From Bacteroidota bacterium (GTDB taxonomy: Bacteria; Bacteroidota; Bacteroidia; Chitinophagales; BACL12): a stretch of DNA of 64,000 bases. Where the stretch lies: NCBI GenBank assembly GCA_016706255.1, contig JADJJZ010000029.1, positions 554,675 to 618,674 on the forward strand. The letters run 5' to 3'. The notes under the pieces are model-generated. The model saw nothing but the letters and a program-made list of their open reading frames with translations, had not been told where the DNA came from and did not search any database. Both the position numbers and the translations under genes were made by a program. Numbering within the stretch: the stretch's first letter is position 1; every line of letters starts with the position of its first letter. Of this stretch, positions 10,924 to 21,053 are shown one piece after another.

Positions 10924-11595
10924 ATGAAAAATCTGTTTACAATTATTTGTTTCATGAGCATCACCGTTGCATCGCAGGCTCAGAGTGCGAAGTTTAACGA
11001 TGCTATGACCAAAGCCTTAGCTGAAATGGACACGCTCAAAACGGGCGACCAGTTTATGGCGATGTCGAATAAATTTGAAAGAATAGCCTTAGCTGAAAAA
11101 AATCAATGGTTGCCATATTATTATGCAGCCTTATCAAGAGTTACTGCTACCTACATATATAACGAACCCGCTAAAAATGATGTAATATTAGATGTTGCTG
11201 AAAAATATATTAATGTTGCCGATTCATTAATGCCAAATAACTCAGAAATTTATGTTGTAAAAAGTATGATTTTAGGCGGAAGAATAATGGTTGACCCAAT
11301 GACACGTGGTCAGATGTACGGTATGCAAAGTATGATGCATTTAAGCAAAGCAATGACACTTGATCCTGAAAATCCACGTTCTTATTATGTAATGGGTTTG
11401 AGTTTATTTTATACACCACCACAATTTGGAGGCGGACAAGATAAAGGTTGCGAGATGTTAAATACAGCAAAAGCTAAATATGCAACATTTAAACCTGCTT
11501 CTGACCTGCATCCTTCATGGGGAGAAAATCAGGTTGATGAAACACTGAAACAATGTACGCCACCTGCAACACCTGCCGGCAGTGGCAACAATTAA
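10924..11595 (+). CDS. hypothetical secreted/periplasmic protein (TPR-like)
   Basis: Signal peptide MKNLFTIICFMSITVASQAQS. Helical content. No family recognised. Confidence 0.55.
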   Translation: MKNLFTIICFMSITVASQAQSAKFNDAMTKALAEMDTLKTGDQFMAMSNKFERIALAEKNQWLPYYYAALSRVTATYIYNEPAKNDVILDVAEKYINVADSLMPNNSEIYVVKSMILGGRIMVDPMTRGQMYGMQSMMHLSKAMTLDPENPRSYYVMGLSLFYTPPQFGGGQDKGCEMLNTAKAKYATFKPASDLHPSWGENQVDETLKQCTPPATPAGSGNN

Positions 11596-11613
11596 TTAAG
11601 ATATACATGAATT

Positions 11614-11642
11614 AAAAAAACCGGAATTATCCGGTTTTTTTT
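11614..11642. terminator. bidirectional rho-independent terminator
   Basis: A7-ACCGGA-ATTA-TCCGGT-T8, located between convergent genes. Confidence 0.7.
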
Positions 11643-11716
11643 ATGTACCTAATTGCTAAAATATAATAGTGAAAAAAAACAGGCTGCCTTTTACAACAAC
11701 CCGTTACAACCCAGTC

Positions 11717-13002
11717 TTATTTTTTTATGAAAGAATAACTTGTGCCATCTAACGTTAAAAAATACATGCCACTTTCCAGTTGATGCACATCTACCTTCCC
11801 TCCTGCCGGTAAAGTACCCGAAGCAACAATTTGTTTCGACGCATTCATGATGGTATACTTCCTTTCAACAATTGGATTATTAATTACCAGATAAGTTGTT
11901 GCCGGATTTGGATATAATGCTATTGAATTATTTGAATTTTTTGCTTCAATACATATAATTTCCGATAAATAAGGTTCTTGTAAATCATCGGAACATTGAA
12001 TGCGGTAATAATTAGTTATACTGGATGGATTTTTATGTTCATACACATACATGCCGCTGCCTGAATCATAACCCTGCACACTGCCAATCAGGTTAAAATG
12101 CACGCCATCTGTACTGTGTAATACATTAAAAATTTCAATAGGCGAATCACTAATTGCTTCCCATGATAACGTGTTTTGAGTTGGCTCGGCAATACCCGAT
12201 AAAATAATATCGTCAATGGCTAAAACAGGTAAATCAAAAATCTGATAGCTATACCATTTATTATCTGTTGTGTTAAATAACCACAGTAAATTATTAGCAT
12301 AACTAAATTGATGACTAACGGCAGTAACTGCAGCAGCCGGTAGTGCTGATTCACCTGCGTATGCACATGTAGCTCTGTTTAATAGAATTACTTTTTTTGC
12401 AGTATAATCCAAAATACCATATTCATAACCAGTAACCCCGGTATAAATTACTGCGGTAGTGTTTATTGATCCAAATGTAACGCCGGTTATTGCTGTAGTG
12501 CTTATCAGTGCACCTGTTGTGCGATTATATTTTGATATGCTGCTTGCATTATAAAAAACCACTTCATTATTAACAGGATCATAGGCACCTTCACATTGTG
12601 CGTTTGGACTTAGCGCCCCGGCAAATATTACATTGAATGCGCTAGTAGCATTATTAGCACCATCTAAAACAATTTGCGCCCAACCTATTGCAGAAAAACA
12701 ATTGCGCTCCAACTGATTCGTGTTCGGATTCCACCAAATGCCTCTGGTATCCTGACCGGCAACATCCTGAAACAATAAAGTACCATCATGTTTAAAGGTT
12801 AACAAAGGGTAAGTCGAATTACCAACTCTGGAAGTATAATACAATCCCGTAACCGGATTAAATGCTACTGAGCCGCAGCTGGAAACATCAAGCGGGAATG
12901 CCAGTATTAACGGATTGGTAATAGCTGTAGGGTAAGGAGTTAATTGCGCAAAAATGCTTTTTGTAAAAAGACAATAAGTAGTAATAATGTTAACTTTTTC
13001 AT
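11717..13002 (-). CDS. T9SS C-terminal-domain secreted protein; signal-peptide region is out of frame with the body
   Basis: The body ORF 11717..12844 ends in a CTD (IALYPNPATTYLVIN...GMYFLTLDGTSYSFIKK). Its frame stays open upstream, reading ...CLFTKSIFAQLTPYP. The only ATG plus signal peptide (MKKLTLLLLIVFLQKAFLRN*, ATG at 13002) is in another frame. This implies a 1-nt indel in the T/A runs near 12960-12975. Confidence 0.6.
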
Positions 13003-13171
13003 GCTGACTGAGGTTTGTTGGTTTTTTAAAAAGTTGAAATCGGACATCATTTCCGACGCAACAAAACTCAGTATATCAGCGGGTGCGGACAATCACCAAT
13101 TCTGGTGATGGGTACAAAAAAAAGAGGCCGCCCAAAAGGACGACCTCGATATTTACTTGTTGCTTGATTTT

Positions 13172-15061
13172 TTATTTATTTACAACGAGGCTTTCGAATG
13201 CAACGTTTTTACCGCCTGCACTGATAACCACATTATACATACCAGCTGCAAAATCAGCAGTTTCGATGATTACGGTGTTTTCACCTGAAATCATATTACC
13301 TGCATTAATTGTGCTGATTAATTTTCCTGTAATATCATAAACTGAAATTGTAACATCAGCAGCTTCAGTTAAATTAAATGAAGCAACTGCATTATCAGTT
13401 GTAGGATTAGGATATAATTCAAATTGATTTAATGTATGGATATCAAAAATACCATTGGTAGTAGCAAGACGAATATTATCTAAATATAAGTCGTTACCGA
13501 AACCACTGATTGCATTAAATTTAACCAATACATCGTTCATACCAACATAAGCTGACATATTAACTTCGTCAGTTTCCCACTCATCATCATCCGGTTTGAA
13601 TAAAGATGTAGTATTTGGAGCAGTTGCTAAATCCGCAGCGTCTTTATTATAAACTTCATCCCATGTAGCACCGCAATCACCTGATACCTGAATTTTCAGG
13701 ATATCGTTATAAGATGCATTGTAACGGGCATAAGCACGATCGAATACCAAATTTAAATCGCCTGTAAAATTGGTGAAATCCATTTTAGGCATATATAAAT
13801 CGAAAGTACCTACAGCGATATTAAAGAAATCTGCTTTTGTAGAAGTTGTAGTTTCACCGTATCCACCTGCACCGGTAGCACGACTCCAACCTGTTCCATC
13901 ATTAAGATTATCTACAGCCCAGTCTGTTGGAGGATATGTTGTAGCAACGAAACCTTCAGTAACAACTTCGTAAGGTACATCTAACACACTGATACCACCA
14001 CCAACAACATCATTCACCATATTAATATCGATATCACCAACAGAAACAATTTCAACGTTGATGTCATGATCACCTGCACCACCTAAAGTTGCAGTAGGTA
14101 AAGTAATATTAGCAGAAGCACCGGCAGCAATTGAACCTGTCCAGTTATAAGTTGAAGCAGCACCACCATCGATGCTATAAACAACATCTAATGCAGTTAA
14201 AGTAGCAGCAGAATTATTTGTAACATTTACAACAGGTGTATAATCAGATGTACAAGAAATAGAGCTTACTGAATTTGCTGCATAGTCAACAGTTGGTAAA
14301 CCACCTATTGGTGAAGAAACACCCGCTTGCATAACAGCTTTAGAAGCATCATCCTGCATAAATGCAATGATTTCAATATTGTTGAGGTTGTAGATATTTG
14401 TCATATCCCAAACAAAATCATACGATTTAGTTTCACCTGCATAAAAAGCACCGGTAGATGTTCCTGAAGCTGATGGTAACATTTTTTTCATTACACCAAA
14501 AAATTCAGTTTCACCGTTTGAACCCGGAGGGGTATCAAATAAAATTTCTTTTTCTGCAACGGCAATTTGTAATTTCAAAGAACCCGTAACATCAGGACCT
14601 GCAGTAACTTCAACGTGAACGTTTACTGTTGTATAATCAGGGCTGAATGAATGTGTAGCCGTAATTAAGAAAGGTGAAGTAATAGCATAAGCACCATCAA
14701 TATCATCCTGACTAACACAAGCAGGAGCACCTGCATAGTAAGCACAGTCGTTAATGATATGTACACCATCCATAGTTGCATCAGGCACACCTGAAACAGA
14801 ATAATAACCTACACGCGCATCAACATCCGGTTCGTTTTGTAAATACATTGGGTCGAAACCGGGCCACCAAACCTGATACTTGATAGCAATAGTTTTATCG
14901 GAATTGTCCTGCAACAATGCATTAAATCCCGGGTTTTGAGAAGCACACGGACCACAACTGGCCTGCGTGAATTCTTCGAACAGTACCAAACGCTGATACT
15001 GAGCAAAGCTTACCTGTAACAATCCAATTGTTACGAGACTGAAGAGTAAAACTTTTTTCAT
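13172..15061 (-). CDS. T9SS-secreted protein with N-terminal thioredoxin-fold (CxxC) domain
   Basis: Signal peptide. LVLFEEFTQASCGPCASQNP (Omp28-related/thioredoxin-like). C-terminal CTD (FELYPNPTTDNAVASFNL...GMYNVVISAGGKNVAFESLVVNK). Confidence 0.7.
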   Translation of the reverse strand: MKKVLLFSLVTIGLLQVSFAQYQRLVLFEEFTQASCGPCASQNPGFNALLQDNSDKTIAIKYQVWWPGFDPMYLQNEPDVDARVGYYSVSGVPDATMDGVHIINDCAYYAGAPACVSQDDIDGAYAITSPFLITATHSFSPDYTTVNVHVEVTAGPDVTGSLKLQIAVAEKEILFDTPPGSNGETEFFGVMKKMLPSASGTSTGAFYAGETKSYDFVWDMTNIYNLNNIEIIAFMQDDASKAVMQAGVSSPIGGLPTVDYAANSVSSISCTSDYTPVVNVTNNSAATLTALDVVYSIDGGAASTYNWTGSIAAGASANITLPTATLGGAGDHDINVEIVSVGDIDINMVNDVVGGGISVLDVPYEVVTEGFVATTYPPTDWAVDNLNDGTGWSRATGAGGYGETTTSTKADFFNIAVGTFDLYMPKMDFTNFTGDLNLVFDRAYARYNASYNDILKIQVSGDCGATWDEVYNKDAADLATAPNTTSLFKPDDDEWETDEVNMSAYVGMNDVLVKFNAISGFGNDLYLDNIRLATTNGIFDIHTLNQFELYPNPTTDNAVASFNLTEAADVTISVYDITGKLISTINAGNMISGENTVIIETADFAAGMYNVVISAGGKNVAFESLVVNK

Positions 15062-15381
15062 TTTAGTAAGAATTAAGAGGTTTTAATTACAAATTTAAGA
15101 CTTTAACCCAATTGCTTATTGTAAGATTAATGTCATATATAAATATCAATTCAACTTCAAATATAATAAATTTTGAGATGCCGGTAGTATATATGTATAG
15201 ACAGTTATTTTTTAACAAAAATTAAGCAAAACCGCATTTGTAAGGCACTTTTAGCCGGTTTTAACGGATGTGAATTAGTTGGGGATTGTATAAAAAAACC
15301 ACCCTTTTTGTAAGTAATTGATTATCAGTAGTGCAATGCGGAACATTTAATTTGTTTACTTTTGAATACAATTTGTTTAAA

Positions 15382-16845
15382 ATGAGAAAAATTTACTTCG
15401 GAATGTTGCTCTGCCTGGCTGTTGTCGGGATGGTGCAAACCCCTGCCAATGCACAATTAAAGGAAGGTGATATCGCGCCTGACTGGACTTTAACCGACAT
15501 CAATGGTGTTGAATGGAACCTATATACTTTGCTGAATGAAGGCAAAAGTGTATTCCTCGACTTCTCTGCTGTTTGGTGTGGACCTTGCTGGAGCTACCAT
15601 ACCGGTGGTAACCTGGAAACGTTATACGAAACCTATGGCCCTGACGGAAGTGATGAAGTAATGGTATTTTATATTGAAGGTGATGGTGGATCCACTATTG
15701 ACCAAATGAATGGTATTGGCGGCGGAACTCAGGGTAACTGGGTTGCAGGAACTCCATATCCAATGATTTTAACACATGTGGGTGACGAAAGCTACAATGT
15801 TGTAAGCGATTATGAAATTGGCTACTTCCCTACTATTTACCGAGTATGTCCAAACCGTATCATTAAAGAGGTTGGTCAGGCACCGGTTGCTACTTTATAC
15901 AACAGTATTAATAGCTGTGAGGTTGCCTTTACAAACAATGACCCGGGCATTTTTGAATATACAGGCCCAACTTCAGGTTGCAGTACTGCAGAATTAACCG
16001 TTACCATCCAGAATTTGGGTTTTAACGATTTAACAGCATTTACCATTGCAGCTTATGATGGCGCAACTGAATTAGTATCTTACGACTGGTCAGGTGATTT
16101 AGCATTATACGAATTTGCTGATATTAATCTCGGCGATATTACACTTGCTGATGATGATAATGATATTGAAATAAAAATTATTTCTGCAGATGAAAATGAT
16201 GATAACAATTCAGTAACTGCCAATATTTCTTATGAAAATAACGTAAGTATGATTGTTCATCTTGAAATAAAAACAGATAATTATCCAACACAAATGCGTT
16301 GGGATATTATTGATGAAGAAACAGGTGATGAATTATACGATGGCGGACCATACAGCACAGCCGACAAAAATGAAATTGTTTTTGATGAAGATATTACTTT
16401 ACCTGGATTAGGCTGTTACGGCTTTAATTTTTACGATAATGCCGGTGATGGTATTACCGGAAGCGGATATTACGAACTGACTGACGCTGCAGGAAATATG
16501 CTTTCTGATGGTGATGAAAATGTAGGTTTTAAAAAATCTGCTTCATTAAAAGTTACCGGTTTAACTGCAGTTGATGATGTAACGGTTATCAATGCTGATA
16601 AGGCTTTCCCTAACCCTGCTGATGCTAATGTTACTTACACGTTGTCTTTAAATAATAATGCAGATGTAAATATTAATGTTGTTGACATTTTTGGTCGCAC
16701 TATTGATGTTTTAACAAATAGTTCCATGCTTACAGGTGAACATAACTTTACTGTTGATGTAACAGATTATGCTAACGGCATTTATTTTATACAATCAACA
16801 ATAAACGGAAAAACTGAAAGCACTAAAATTGTAGTGTTGCATTAA
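15382..16845 (+). CDS. T9SS-secreted thioredoxin/redoxin-like protein
   Basis: Start at MRKIYFGMLLCLAVVG. FLDFSAVWCGPCWSYH CxxC motif. CTD (KAFPNPADANVTYTL...GIYFIQSTINGKTESTKIVVLH). Confidence 0.7.
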   Translation: MRKIYFGMLLCLAVVGMVQTPANAQLKEGDIAPDWTLTDINGVEWNLYTLLNEGKSVFLDFSAVWCGPCWSYHTGGNLETLYETYGPDGSDEVMVFYIEGDGGSTIDQMNGIGGGTQGNWVAGTPYPMILTHVGDESYNVVSDYEIGYFPTIYRVCPNRIIKEVGQAPVATLYNSINSCEVAFTNNDPGIFEYTGPTSGCSTAELTVTIQNLGFNDLTAFTIAAYDGATELVSYDWSGDLALYEFADINLGDITLADDDNDIEIKIISADENDDNNSVTANISYENNVSMIVHLEIKTDNYPTQMRWDIIDEETGDELYDGGPYSTADKNEIVFDEDITLPGLGCYGFNFYDNAGDGITGSGYYELTDAAGNMLSDGDENVGFKKSASLKVTGLTAVDDVTVINADKAFPNPADANVTYTLSLNNNADVNINVVDIFGRTIDVLTNSSMLTGEHNFTVDVTDYANGIYFIQSTINGKTESTKIVVLH

Positions 16846-16903
16846 TTCAAAAAAATAAAAGAATGGAACAGGATGAATTTATTCATCTGAAACCTGAACA
16901 AAT

Positions 16904-16941
16904 AAAAAAATCCCGTTGTAGTTTACAACGGGATTTTTTTT
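16904..16941. terminator. bidirectional rho-independent terminator
   Basis: A-run, then ATCCCGTTGT (16910-16919) pairing with ACAACGGGAT (16925-16934), then T7. Located between convergent genes. Confidence 0.8.
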
Positions 16942-16950
16942 ATGCAGTAG

Positions 16951-19900
16951 TTATTCTTTTACAAAAGCACCACTATAAGTAATATTATTATTTGAAACTA
17001 ACAAATAATACATCCCCTGCGATAATTGGGCAACAGACAACATGGTATTAAGTGATGCATCATATTGTTTGCTCATTATAATTTTTCCGGTTATGTCTAT
17101 TATTTGCACTTCGGTAATTCCGGAAATTGTAGCGGGTAATATTAATGTAATTTGATTGGTAGCTGGGTTCGGATAAACTGCAATTGCTTCTACATTACTA
17201 TCATGTATATCAATTCCGCATGGTGTCAGGTAAGCTGCTCCGGGTGAACCTTCCGGACAACTTTCGGTCCAGTTGGAAGCGAAGTTGATATTGGCTTCCA
17301 CATCTACAATTTGCAATGCCGTTCCACCACCATCAGGTGTAAGCGGATATGGAGATGCATCGTCAAAGCCCACACTTTGGAAAATTTTTCCTGCAGCATC
17401 ATAAATTAAAATTACGTCGCCATTGCCATCATAACTAAAATAAATTGGCCCAACTTTATTGCTCACATCAGGAAATGCGGTATTAAATTTTGTGGCATCA
17501 GAATAAAATACCAGATAGCTACTTCCATCTAATACAGTGCCTTCAGGAATTTTGAATGTATTGCCGGTTTTATCTTTTAAAGTCCATCCACTTAAATCAA
17601 CTGCTGCATTATCATAATTATATAATTCAAACCAATCGCCGGCATCGGCAAAAGGTGCTGAATTATAATTAATTTCATCTACCAGCGGATTTTCCATACA
17701 CAAACTATATGCAGCACCCGGTGAACCTCCGATACAACCTTCAAACCATGAGCCCGGTAATGCCGGATTTGCTGCAGCATCTTTTAATTCCATAGTTCTG
17801 CCATAACCATCTGCTGTAAATGGCCATGGGCGGTTATCCTGGTATGTGAATATGGAAACAGTATCATTCAAAAAATCGGTTAGTAAAATCATATCACTAT
17901 CGTTCTTCAACGAAAAGTTATAATCGCCAACCACATTTGTTATAGAAGGATATTTTTCATTAAACTGTGCTTTATTTTCTGCCAACACTAAAAACCCATG
18001 TGCCGGAATTACGGTGTTATTCGGTAACTCAAAATCTGAATAAAAATATTTTTCAATTAAATGATAACTGCTCACATCAACTGCAACATCCGAATTATTC
18101 ATAATTTCAATCCAGTCGCCACCATTAAATGTTGAATCAGGATTATAATTTACTTCTGAAATTACTATCGGGTTTGGAATTGCACTACCCGTAAAATTGG
18201 CGGTAAAAGTTGTTGCGGTTGTGATATTATTGTTAAAGGAAATATCTGTAGGTGAAACAATAAACGGATTCGTGCTCCAGTTGGCAAACGTATATCCCGG
18301 ATTAGGGATTGCAGTTACCGTAACCGGATTACCATTAAAATAAACACCTGTCCAAGGTAAATTTTCAGGAACAATGGTAGAAATTTTTACATAACCTGCT
18401 TCAGGCGGATTTGCCGCGAGTGTAATATCAACCAGTCCCGCTAAACCGAAATACGATTTAATATGATTGCGTTGATTCGCATTGCGGTTATCGTAAAACG
18501 TGTACAAACTATTTACCTGACTATTCCAGAAACCAAGCGCACCGGTGCTCCAGCGAATATTTTGGGGTGTTACCTCAGCTTCCATTTCTGCTTTTAATTC
18601 GTCAATAATGGCATCATTACTTTCTTCCGTAAAATAATAATTAATTAAATCGGCAAAACGATTAATAAAATAATTTCGATATTCATCATTTTCAAGTAAG
18701 GCAGAAAACATATCACCATATACACTGTTATTCGGATTGTTCAGACTGCTTTGTAAAGTATTTGCATTGGATGAAAACTGACTATTTGTGCAATCCCACA
18801 AAATATATCGCCATTTGATATCCGGCGAATAACTGCGGAATAAACGAATATTATTTTCCAGAATATACAACCATTCTTCCTGGTCGGTAAATACTTCTGT
18901 TGCAATATAATCTACCCAGTTTTCTACATCAATTTCATTTTTCACCTGCTCATAAATTGCAGGATCTGTCATATCGTTATCGAGAATTAAATCTATTAAT
19001 GCATAATAAGCAGTGTCACTACCCACTTCAGCAATTGTTTTTTCTTCACCACCCCAACCGGTTTTAATCATATCAACTGCATCTGGATTCACACCAAAAT
19101 TGTCGCGCAAAAAATATTCATCCATTTCTTCTCTTGCGCCATACATGCCCCAGTATTCACCATTTATAAATACCACACAATTTTGATAACCTGTTGAAAT
19201 ACTATTTGTCGGCAAACCGATACGATTAATCGTAATATCTTTCATTCGCGTTCCGGAATAATCCTGGTCTGCATTTCTTACGCGAAAACCATGTACAAAT
19301 TCCATTCCCGGTTTATCGTGTTCAAATACATTGTAGGCAATATCACTTTTAGTTCCATAATCTTCATCGCCAACAAAACGCATACTTTTTTGTGGCAGAC
19401 TGATGGAATAATTACCTACACATTCAAATTTATAATTATCACCAAATTGTTTTACGTGGTCCTGATCATAATATTCAACTGCAACCGATACTTTAGGATT
19501 TCTGTTAAACCAGCCTTCAGCATTATCGTAAGCAGCAATACATCCCGGACCATCATTAAATAAATCGCAAGGATTTGCAATAACACTTACAACAGGTAAA
19601 GTAGTTGGTTCATCAATAAAATAGGTTCCTGTAACTACCGGGCTTGGTAATTTTCCTGCTTCTGTTTGCATGGCTTTTACTACACCGGTATTGGTATAAG
19701 TAATTGGTGCGGTATATACCGATGCACCAACATCCGGATTACTGCCATCGGTAGTATAATAAATTGTTGAACCCGTAATTGCCACATCCACACTACCGGC
19801 ATAAAAGCCCGGAGCAGTAGTAATTACGGGTGCTTCAGCGTATCCGTTGTAACAAGTTACATCATTTGCAGCAAGTGGCGTTGGCTCATCGGAATAGCAC

Positions 19901-20916
19901 CAGGCACCACCATCAGGAATACGTGCGCGCACATGATTTACCTGTAACATGTCGGTATAAATACTATCCGTTTGATTTCCCACAGGGTCAAATAAATAAA
20001 TATTTTCACCATTGGCTATTTTAAAATCGGTGTGTAATTCGGTAGCAGTTCCCGGATTACTAAACCAATCGGGATTATCAAAAAAATACGTATCGGGTGT
20101 AGAAATACCAAAATGTAACCATGTTCTTCCCGTTGCATCATCAGCACCATACTGATGAATTTCAACAGCTAAAACATTGGTACCATCAACTAATAAAGAA
20201 GCAATTAATGCAGAATCTAATTCAATTGTTTTTGGATTTAATCCCATATACATTAATGCTTCGTGCCAATAATTTGCATAGGTGCTATGTGTAGGAACAC
20301 CCTGAATATTGATTCTTGCAACTTCAACATCATTGATATACGCTACAAATCCATCATCATAATCCATACTTAGAATGGTTTTTATGATTTTCGATTTATC
20401 AACTATTTCAAATTCTTTTCTATAATATAAGCAGGAGCTAAATCCGGCGATTATAGTATTATCATCACCATCACCTGTGCCAAATCCACCCTGCCCTGTA
20501 GCCCAAACTGTTGCGAACGAAACATCATTCCAGTTAGCAGGTGGTTCGGTGGTGCCGTTTTTATATTCCCAAATATCATCATCAAAAATGGCTGTTTCCC
20601 AGTGGTCAACAGGCGATACCGGACAACTCGCACAGTTGCGGTTTTTTCCGGATGCATAAACTAACACACGACCGTTTGGCGGCACGATGGAATCAGAAAA
20701 ATACCATTTACCATCAATGGCTTTACTATCAGCAAGCGCATATCCTGCCAGGTTTACAGATGTTGCTCCGGCATTATACAATTCTATCCAATCGGAATAG
20801 TCGCCGTCTTCATCGGTATAAATATTAAAATTGGTGCTCGACACTTCATTGATAACTAACTGTGCCGGTAATTGAAGGGTGAACAGAAAAAAAATAACAG
20901 TACAAACTTTATTCAT
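16951..20916 (-). CDS. CotH kinase-family protein with multiple lamin-tail (LTD) domains, a chitobiase/FN3-associated-like segment and a T9SS CTD
   Basis: 1321 aa. Three LTD-like segments (LVINEVSSTNFN...SDWIELYNAG; IVISEVNYNPDS...GDWIEIMNN; LVDEINYNSAPFADAGDWFELYN). Central region consistent with CotH (my recall of the family). IYYTTDGSNPDVGASVYTAPI. CTD AVYPNPATNQITLIL...GMYYLLVSNNNITYSGAFVKE. Confidence 0.7.
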   Translation of the reverse strand: MNKVCTVIFFLFTLQLPAQLVINEVSSTNFNIYTDEDGDYSDWIELYNAGATSVNLAGYALADSKAIDGKWYFSDSIVPPNGRVLVYASGKNRNCASCPVSPVDHWETAIFDDDIWEYKNGTTEPPANWNDVSFATVWATGQGGFGTGDGDDNTIIAGFSSCLYYRKEFEIVDKSKIIKTILSMDYDDGFVAYINDVEVARINIQGVPTHSTYANYWHEALMYMGLNPKTIELDSALIASLLVDGTNVLAVEIHQYGADDATGRTWLHFGISTPDTYFFDNPDWFSNPGTATELHTDFKIANGENIYLFDPVGNQTDSIYTDMLQVNHVRARIPDGGAWCYSDEPTPLAANDVTCYNGYAEAPVITTAPGFYAGSVDVAITGSTIYYTTDGSNPDVGASVYTAPITYTNTGVVKAMQTEAGKLPSPVVTGTYFIDEPTTLPVVSVIANPCDLFNDGPGCIAAYDNAEGWFNRNPKVSVAVEYYDQDHVKQFGDNYKFECVGNYSISLPQKSMRFVGDEDYGTKSDIAYNVFEHDKPGMEFVHGFRVRNADQDYSGTRMKDITINRIGLPTNSISTGYQNCVVFINGEYWGMYGAREEMDEYFLRDNFGVNPDAVDMIKTGWGGEEKTIAEVGSDTAYYALIDLILDNDMTDPAIYEQVKNEIDVENWVDYIATEVFTDQEEWLYILENNIRLFRSYSPDIKWRYILWDCTNSQFSSNANTLQSSLNNPNNSVYGDMFSALLENDEYRNYFINRFADLINYYFTEESNDAIIDELKAEMEAEVTPQNIRWSTGALGFWNSQVNSLYTFYDNRNANQRNHIKSYFGLAGLVDITLAANPPEAGYVKISTIVPENLPWTGVYFNGNPVTVTAIPNPGYTFANWSTNPFIVSPTDISFNNNITTATTFTANFTGSAIPNPIVISEVNYNPDSTFNGGDWIEIMNNSDVAVDVSSYHLIEKYFYSDFELPNNTVIPAHGFLVLAENKAQFNEKYPSITNVVGDYNFSLKNDSDMILLTDFLNDTVSIFTYQDNRPWPFTADGYGRTMELKDAAANPALPGSWFEGCIGGSPGAAYSLCMENPLVDEINYNSAPFADAGDWFELYNYDNAAVDLSGWTLKDKTGNTFKIPEGTVLDGSSYLVFYSDATKFNTAFPDVSNKVGPIYFSYDGNGDVILIYDAAGKIFQSVGFDDASPYPLTPDGGGTALQIVDVEANINFASNWTESCPEGSPGAAYLTPCGIDIHDSNVEAIAVYPNPATNQITLILPATISGITEVQIIDITGKIIMSKQYDASLNTMLSVAQLSQGMYYLLVSNNNITYSGAFVKE

Positions 20917-21053
20917 TGTTTAATATTGAGGAGTGAATAAAATAATCAAGTTAGCAAATAATACAGATGCCCGTAAGGGAAGGCCCTATTTTCTGCTTAC
21001 TCAAAGTTAACAAAAAATTAATATTTCCTAAAAACGAGCGCCTCAACCCGAGG

